A stretch of 64,000 nucleotides of DNA from positions 4,494 to 68,493 of the forward strand of contig JAJYFM010000001.1 in the NCBI GenBank assembly GCA_021790895.1, read 5' to 3'. The notes below the pieces were generated by a model. That model saw nothing but the letters and a program-made list of their open reading frames with translations. It was not told where the DNA came from and ran no database searches. The translations under genes and the position numbers were made by a program. Shown here piece after piece: positions 59,044 to 64,000 of this stretch. The number at the start of each line of letters is the position of its first letter. Within the stretch, counting starts at the first letter, position 1. This stretch comes from a bacterium (lineage in GTDB: Bacteria; Vulcanimicrobiota; Vulcanimicrobiia; Vulcanimicrobiales; Vulcanimicrobiaceae).

Positions 59044-60048
59044 ATGCGATATCTCGTTACCGGCGGCCTCGGATTCATCGGCTCGGCCTTCATCCGCCTG
59101 CTCGCCGCCGAACGCCCCGAGGTCGAGATCGTCAATCTCGACGCGATGACCTACGCCGCGAATCCCGCGAACCTCGCGAGCCTCCCCGTCGGAGCCCGCT
59201 ACCGGTTCGTCAAGGGCGATATCACCGACCCGAGCGCGGTCGCCGAGGGGCTCGGCGACGGGGTCGATGCGATCGTCAATTTCGCCGCCGAGACGCACGT
59301 GGACCGCTCGATCCTCGACCCGGAGGCCTTTCTGCGAACCGATATCCTCGGCACCCATACCCTGCTCGAGGCCGTCCGCGAGCGCGGCATCCCCCGGTAC
59401 CTGCAGGTCTCGACCGACGAGGTCTACGGCGATGTCTCCAGCGGCGAATCGATCGAGAGCTCCCCACTGCGCCCGCGCAGCCCCTACAGCGCGAGCAAGG
59501 CCGGCGGCGACCTTCAGGTGCTCGCCTACCGGACCACCTACGGGCTTCCGGTGCTCGTGACGCGCGGCAGCAATACCTACGGCCCGTACCAGTACCCTGA
59601 GAAGCTGATCCCGCTCTTTGTGACCAACCTCATCGACGACCAGAGCGTGCCGCTCTACGGCGACGGCCTCCAGGTGCGCGACTGGCTCCACGTGGAGGAT
59701 CATGCCCGTGGAATCCTCGCCGTTCTCGAGAGCGGCGAGCTCGGTGAAGTCTACAATATCGGCGGCGGCAATCCGCGAACGAACATCGATATCACCCGCC
59801 GTCTCCTCACCGGTTGCGGGCGCGCCTTCGAAAGCCACGTCCGTCATGTCGCCGACCGCGAAGGGCACGACCGCCGATACGCGATTGCGAGCACGAAGGC
59901 GCACGCCCTGGGCTGGAGTCCACGGATCGATTTCGAGCGAGGAATCGAAGCGACGATCGCCTGGTATCGCGAGCACGAATCGTGGTGGCGACCGCTGAAG
60001 TCGGGCGAGTTCCTCGCTTACTACCAACGTCAGTACGCACACCGATAG
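59044..60048 (+). CDS. rfbB: dTDP-glucose 4,6-dehydratase
   Basis: Internal ATG 59044 gives MRYLVTGGLGFIGS. SDR extended family YxxxK motif (YSASKAG). Confidence 0.9.
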   Translation: MRYLVTGGLGFIGSAFIRLLAAERPEVEIVNLDAMTYAANPANLASLPVGARYRFVKGDITDPSAVAEGLGDGVDAIVNFAAETHVDRSILDPEAFLRTDILGTHTLLEAVRERGIPRYLQVSTDEVYGDVSSGESIESSPLRPRSPYSASKAGGDLQVLAYRTTYGLPVLVTRGSNTYGPYQYPEKLIPLFVTNLIDDQSVPLYGDGLQVRDWLHVEDHARGILAVLESGELGEVYNIGGGNPRTNIDITRRLLTGCGRAFESHVRHVADREGHDRRYAIASTKAHALGWSPRIDFERGIEATIAWYREHESWWRPLKSGEFLAYYQRQYAHR

Positions 60049-60063
60049 GGAGTCCGCTATTTC

Positions 60064-60801
60064 ATGAAAGGCATCATCCTCGCAGGTGGGCTCGGGAGCC
60101 GCTTGCGCCCGCTCACGAAGGTCACGAACAAGCATCTCTTGCCGATCTACGACAAGCCGATGATCTACTATCCAATCGAAACGTTGGTTCGCGCCGGCAT
60201 CAAGGATATTATGATCGTCACCGGCGGCAACTCTGCGGGTGATTTCCTGCGCTTGCTCGGCAACGGTTCGGAGTTCGGGCTCAAGGATATCTACTATACG
60301 TACCAAGAGGGCGAAGGCGGAATCGCCGATGCACTCAAGCTCTGCGAGCATTTCGCCGAAGGGAACCGCGTCGTCGTCATTCTCGGCGATAATATCGTGC
60401 AGGACGATATCTCGCCGTACGTACGGCGATTCGAACAGCAGGATTCCGGCGCGCGCATTCTGCTCAAAGCCGTTCCTGACCCCGAGCGCTTCGGCGTGCC
60501 CGAACTCGACGGCGAGCGGATCGTGCGGATCGAGGAGAAACCGAAGCAGCCGAAGAGCGGCTATGCGGTGACCGGCATCTACATGTACGATCGCCGCGTT
60601 TTCGATTTCATCCGTCGCATTCAGCCGTCGCACCGCGGAGAGCTTGAGATCACCGACGTCAACAACCACTACATTCGTGAAGGCGATCTGCATTACGACG
60701 TACTCGACGGGTGGTGGACCGATGCCGGCCAGTTTGAATCGCTCTTCAACGCAACGCAACTGATCGCACGCGAGCGTATGGGAGCGGAGCAGAGCCCGTG
60801 A
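60064..60801 (+). CDS. rmlA: glucose-1-phosphate thymidylyltransferase-like sugar nucleotidyltransferase (short form)
   Basis: 245 aa with the signature MKGIILAGGLGSRLRPLT. Confidence 0.85.
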   Translation: MKGIILAGGLGSRLRPLTKVTNKHLLPIYDKPMIYYPIETLVRAGIKDIMIVTGGNSAGDFLRLLGNGSEFGLKDIYYTYQEGEGGIADALKLCEHFAEGNRVVVILGDNIVQDDISPYVRRFEQQDSGARILLKAVPDPERFGVPELDGERIVRIEEKPKQPKSGYAVTGIYMYDRRVFDFIRRIQPSHRGELEITDVNNHYIREGDLHYDVLDGWWTDAGQFESLFNATQLIARERMGAEQSP

Positions 60802-60816
60802 AGGTTCGATAACCGC

Positions 60817-61527
60817 ATGCCGTTCTGTTCCGTCTGCGAAACCGAAGTTTCGGCGTGGCTACCGCACCCGAACGCCGCCGCCCGCAGCCCGCTGATGGCG
60901 ATGATGGGGACGGTCGGCTCCGACCTTCGAAATTATCTCTGCCCGAATTGCGGTTGTAACGATCGCGACCGCCATCTCTGGCTCTACCTCACCAATTCCG
61001 GGCTCGCCGACCGCATCGCCGGCGCGCGCGTTCTTCATATCGCGCCCGAAGCCAAGATCTCTCCACGTATCTCTGCTCTCAAGCCCGCCGAATACGTCCG
61101 CGGTGACCTCTACCCTACGTCGCCGGAGTTCGTGCGCGTTGACTGCGAGAAAATGGATTTCCCCGACGCGCATTTCGATCTCATTATCTGCAATCACGTT
61201 CTCGAGCACGTCGCCGATCCGGAGGCAGCCTCTCGCGAGTTCTATCGCACCCTCGCTCCCGGCGGGTACCTCGTTGCACAGACGCCGTACGTTCCGGTAC
61301 TTCGCTATCGGATGGAATTCCTCGGACAACTATCACCCGAGCAAGCACGATTTTTCTATGGCCAGGAAGATCACGTTCGACTTTTCGGGCGCGACGTCGC
61401 CGACTGCATCCGCACTTCCGGCCTCGAAGGCGAGCTCTTTCCCCACGAGCGGGTGCTCCCGCAACACGACGCCGCAACCTACGGATGCAATCCCGAAGAG
61501 CCGTTTTTTCTCTTTACAAAAAAGTAG
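60817..61527 (+). CDS. class I SAM-dependent methyltransferase with an N-terminal Cys4 zinc-ribbon-like segment
   Basis: 236 aa. CSVCE...CPNCGCNDRDR, then a Methyltransf_11-like core (DLIICNHVLEHV). Confidence 0.8.
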   Translation: MPFCSVCETEVSAWLPHPNAAARSPLMAMMGTVGSDLRNYLCPNCGCNDRDRHLWLYLTNSGLADRIAGARVLHIAPEAKISPRISALKPAEYVRGDLYPTSPEFVRVDCEKMDFPDAHFDLIICNHVLEHVADPEAASREFYRTLAPGGYLVAQTPYVPVLRYRMEFLGQLSPEQARFFYGQEDHVRLFGRDVADCIRTSGLEGELFPHERVLPQHDAATYGCNPEEPFFLFTKK

Positions 61528-62087
61528 CCGAAACGAGGCGTGCGAACCGCTTTGGTGGAGAGGCTCCGCTTTACACGCAAAACTTCCGCCCTTTCGCGCG
61601 CGAGCGCCACTTTTTCATCGCTCGGTGGTGCAGAGCCCCGTCGCTCGTCTCCTCCACCCATCCCCAAGCCCGGATCGAATCGCCTAGACGGGCCCCGCAT
61701 GGCCGGAAATCAGCCATCCGGCAGCGAAGGACGCGGCCATATGGGAATACCCGTTGAGCGTTTTTTAAAAAAGACGAGACCCGGTCGATTGATGTTTGCG
61801 GATTTCGGACACACGGACCTCATGGGCAGATTGCATGGAATATCCAACGTCTGAATGTGTAGAACGCCCAACGTCGCTCGTCCCGGTAGACGCAGCAGGG
61901 CGGGCGCTCGCTCGTCCCACCGAAGAATCGATCGCGGCCCTTTGTTGCAAGCAAGGGTCGCTCCCTAAGCCTCGATTCGACTCTTGGCAGAACGTGTTCT
62001 TCGGAAGTTTTTCGAATCGCAAACACCACACAACTTTCCACGGTTCGAACTCCTCCGCCGCTCCCAAAAGGAAACAGGGTAAAGTTG

Positions 62088-63296
62088 ATGTTGGATAACG
62101 AGCTGATAGCGGCGAAGCGCTCCGTCGACGACCTCGCAGTGTTCGGCGGATCTCCTATCTTTGCAAGACCTCGGTCAACATCAAACCTCGTACGGCCGAA
62201 TTTTGATTCGTTTCTTGAGTACTCACGATTGTTCTTTAACGAGCATCGATACACAAACGGTGGGCCGGCGGTCCAACTCCTCGAAAAGCGTCTCGCCGAC
62301 TTCCATGGCGTCAAGCACTGCGTCGCACTTGCGAACGGATTTTGGACGCTTGTCATCGCCATGCGGTGTTTAGCGCTTCCAGGGCGGCGCGAAGTGATCA
62401 TGCCATCCTTGACATACCGTCGGCTCGCCGATGTTACCGCATGGGCGGGGTTCACTCCGCGTTTCTGCGAGGTCGACGAACATAGTTTGGCAATCTCTCC
62501 CGATTCCGCCGCCGCATGCATCAACTCCGACACTGCGCTTTTGATGGGGGTCCATCCCATTGTTAATTGCTGTGACGTTCACGGTTTGGAGGATGTTTCG
62601 GAACGCTCGGGGATACCGCTCCTATTCGACACGGTAGAATCCAACTATGAAACCTATCTCGGTGTCCGAGTTGGAGGTTTCGGCAAAGCCGAGTGCTTCT
62701 CTCTCCATGCAAGCAAGCTTCTCAATGGATTTGAAGGCGGCTACCTCACGACAAACGATGACGAATTAGCAGAGCGCGTTGGGTACATGCGTGGATTCGG
62801 TTTCAAGGGCCAGGACACCGTCATTGATTTGGGAAACAACGCGAAACTCAACGAAGTTCATGCTTCTATGGCGCTAGCAGCGCTCGACGACCTTCCGGAC
62901 CAAGTACGACGCAATGAGTCTCGCTATCGATGCTATCAGCGATTGCTCGCTGATATTCCGGAATTGCGACTACTTGAGTTCGACGAACGCGAAGAGACGA
63001 GCTTTAAAAACATCGTCGTTGAGCTTCGCGATTCGTGGCCCATAACGAGAGCCGCAACGCTGCGAATACTGAACTCGGAAGGAGTGTTCGCTCGAGCCTA
63101 TTATGCGCCCGCGTTGCACCAAAAGAAAACATCGTATGAAACGCGGTTCGGCGATTTGTCATTGACGGACAAACTCGTCGAGCGGTTTCTAAATCTTCCA
63201 TGTGGAGAGCTCGTATCTCTCAATGATATCGAACACACCGTTCTCCTTTTGAAATTCATCCGCGATCACGCCGACGCAGTAGGTGCCCGTATATGA
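62088..63296 (+). CDS. DegT/DnrJ/EryC1/StrS family PLP-dependent sugar aminotransferase/dehydratase
   Basis: About 402 aa. Family-typical N-terminal region and the probable PLP-lysine motif FSLHASKLL. ATG 62088, with a TTG at 62085 as the track start. Visibly lower GC than the rest of the window. Confidence 0.85.
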   Translation: MLDNELIAAKRSVDDLAVFGGSPIFARPRSTSNLVRPNFDSFLEYSRLFFNEHRYTNGGPAVQLLEKRLADFHGVKHCVALANGFWTLVIAMRCLALPGRREVIMPSLTYRRLADVTAWAGFTPRFCEVDEHSLAISPDSAAACINSDTALLMGVHPIVNCCDVHGLEDVSERSGIPLLFDTVESNYETYLGVRVGGFGKAECFSLHASKLLNGFEGGYLTTNDDELAERVGYMRGFGFKGQDTVIDLGNNAKLNEVHASMALAALDDLPDQVRRNESRYRCYQRLLADIPELRLLEFDEREETSFKNIVVELRDSWPITRAATLRILNSEGVFARAYYAPALHQKKTSYETRFGDLSLTDKLVERFLNLPCGELVSLNDIEHTVLLLKFIRDHADAVGARI

Positions 63297-64000
63297 ATCA
63301 GCTTGCAATTCTCGGAGGTTCGCCGCGTTTTTCTTCTGATTTGCCGGTTGGGCAGCTATATTTCCCTTCCTGGGATCGATATGAAGCGGCTATGCGCGGA
63401 ATTTTCGAACGCCGCTACTATACGAATCAGGGCCCGCTGACCAACATCCTCGAGGAAACACTATCTGCGTTTTTCGGCGTCAAGCACGTGGTAGTTGTTA
63501 CAAACGCAACGCTCGGCCTCATCATGGCGGCGAAGGCTCTGAGCCTGCAGGGAAAGGTTATTGTTCCGGGGTTTACGTTTATCGCTAGCGTCCAGTCCCT
63601 CACCTGGGCCGGTATCGAGCCGGTGTTCTGTGACGTCGACATCGATACGCACGGCCTGCACCCTGCAAGTGTCGATAGCTTAATCGACAAGGATGTCTCG
63701 GGAATTCTCGCAGCCAATCTTTGGGGCGGAGCATGCGCGATAGAAGAATTGCAAGAAATAGCTCTCAAGAGAGGCATAAAACTCTATTTTGACTCGGCGC
63801 ACGGCTTCGGCGTTGAAGCCTTCGGCCGCAAGCTCGGGGGTTTCGGCGAACTTGAGGTGTTTTCGTTTCACGCTACGAAAATTCTAAGCGCGACCGAGGG
63901 CGGATGCATCTGTACCAACGATGATACTATTGCCGCGAGACTGCGCAATATGCGTAGCAGCTATGGCGCCGGCCCCCCGGTGGATGTGCCCCTCACGAGC
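63293..64000 (+). CDS. second DegT/DnrJ/EryC1/StrS family aminotransferase, 3'-truncated by the window end
   Basis: My own translation from ATG 63293 (ATGA overlap with the previous stop) gives MNQLAILGGSPRF...VTNATLGLIMAAKAL...FSFHATKILSATEGG (PLP-lysine motif). The frame stays open to 64000. This ORF is absent from the track because it has no stop codon in the window. Confidence 0.8.
   Translation, partial: MNQLAILGGSPRFSSDLPVGQLYFPSWDRYEAAMRGIFERRYYTNQGPLTNILEETLSAFFGVKHVVVVTNATLGLIMAAKALSLQGKVIVPGFTFIASVQSLTWAGIEPVFCDVDIDTHGLHPASVDSLIDKDVSGILAANLWGGACAIEELQEIALKRGIKLYFDSAHGFGVEAFGRKLGGFGELEVFSFHATKILSATEGGCICTNDDTIAARLRNMRSSYGAGPPVDVPLTS

Noticed and set aside
58945-60759. 604-aa minus-strand ORF
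   Set aside because: It is antisense to rfbB and rmlA, which have clear family signatures. Its composition looks like antisense translation.
61528-62087. tRNA, integrase, IS element or att-like site at the GC-shift boundary; also the ORFs 61540-61854 (+) and 61820-62560 (-)
   Set aside because: No cloverleaf-like sequence, terminal inverted repeats or recombinase motifs were seen. The ORFs have junk-like composition, and one overlaps the DegT gene antisense. The spacer stays unexplained but is not demonstrably a mobile element.

Overview
High-GC bacterial chromosomal segment, densely coding on both strands. I support about 66 protein genes. I recognised no rRNA, tRNA, CRISPR array, transposase, integrase or known defence genes. 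Most of the window is housekeeping, arranged in two blocks whose gene order closely matches Firmicutes such as Bacillus subtilis. Block 1 (19-7260, minus strand) is rpsU, yqeY, nfeD, floA, a yqfB-position gene, phoH, ybeY, dgkA, a corC-like gene, cdd. Block 2 (46725-58883, minus strand) is rpsB, tsf, pyrH, frr, uppS, cdsA, dxr, rseP, ispG and, further on, proS. Also present are rpmE-prfA-prmC-pyrG, a leuCD-like pair, glpX, and an NAD-related cluster (CN-hydrolase, nadE, sirC-like, cinA). I cannot assign a lineage beyond a high-GC organism with Firmicutes-like gene order. The non-housekeeping content is: (1) a six-gene, fully translationally coupled operon, metY / CoA-binding protein / LuxE-like acyl-protein synthetase / LuxC-like acyl-CoA reductase / class III aminotransferase / Gfo-Idh-MocA oxidoreductase (22253-28697). 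Its last four genes look like an uncharacterised carboxylate-to-aldehyde-to-amine module and are my best candidate for a novel system. (2) A roughly 950-bp non-coding region between convergent genes (28698-29644), filled with a 30-bp tandem array and three copies of a 194/243-bp structured repeat. (3) Lipoprotein-type secreted peptidases: one S53 sedolisin with a coupled unknown lipoprotein, and two tandem S8 subtilases. (4) A GT-C / GtrA / GT-C membrane glycosylation cluster. (5) A dTDP-sugar, methyltransferase and DegT aminotransferase glycan cluster at the 3' end, where GC content drops visibly. All functional calls rest on motifs and family resemblance read by eye from the translated ORFs. 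No database search was run.
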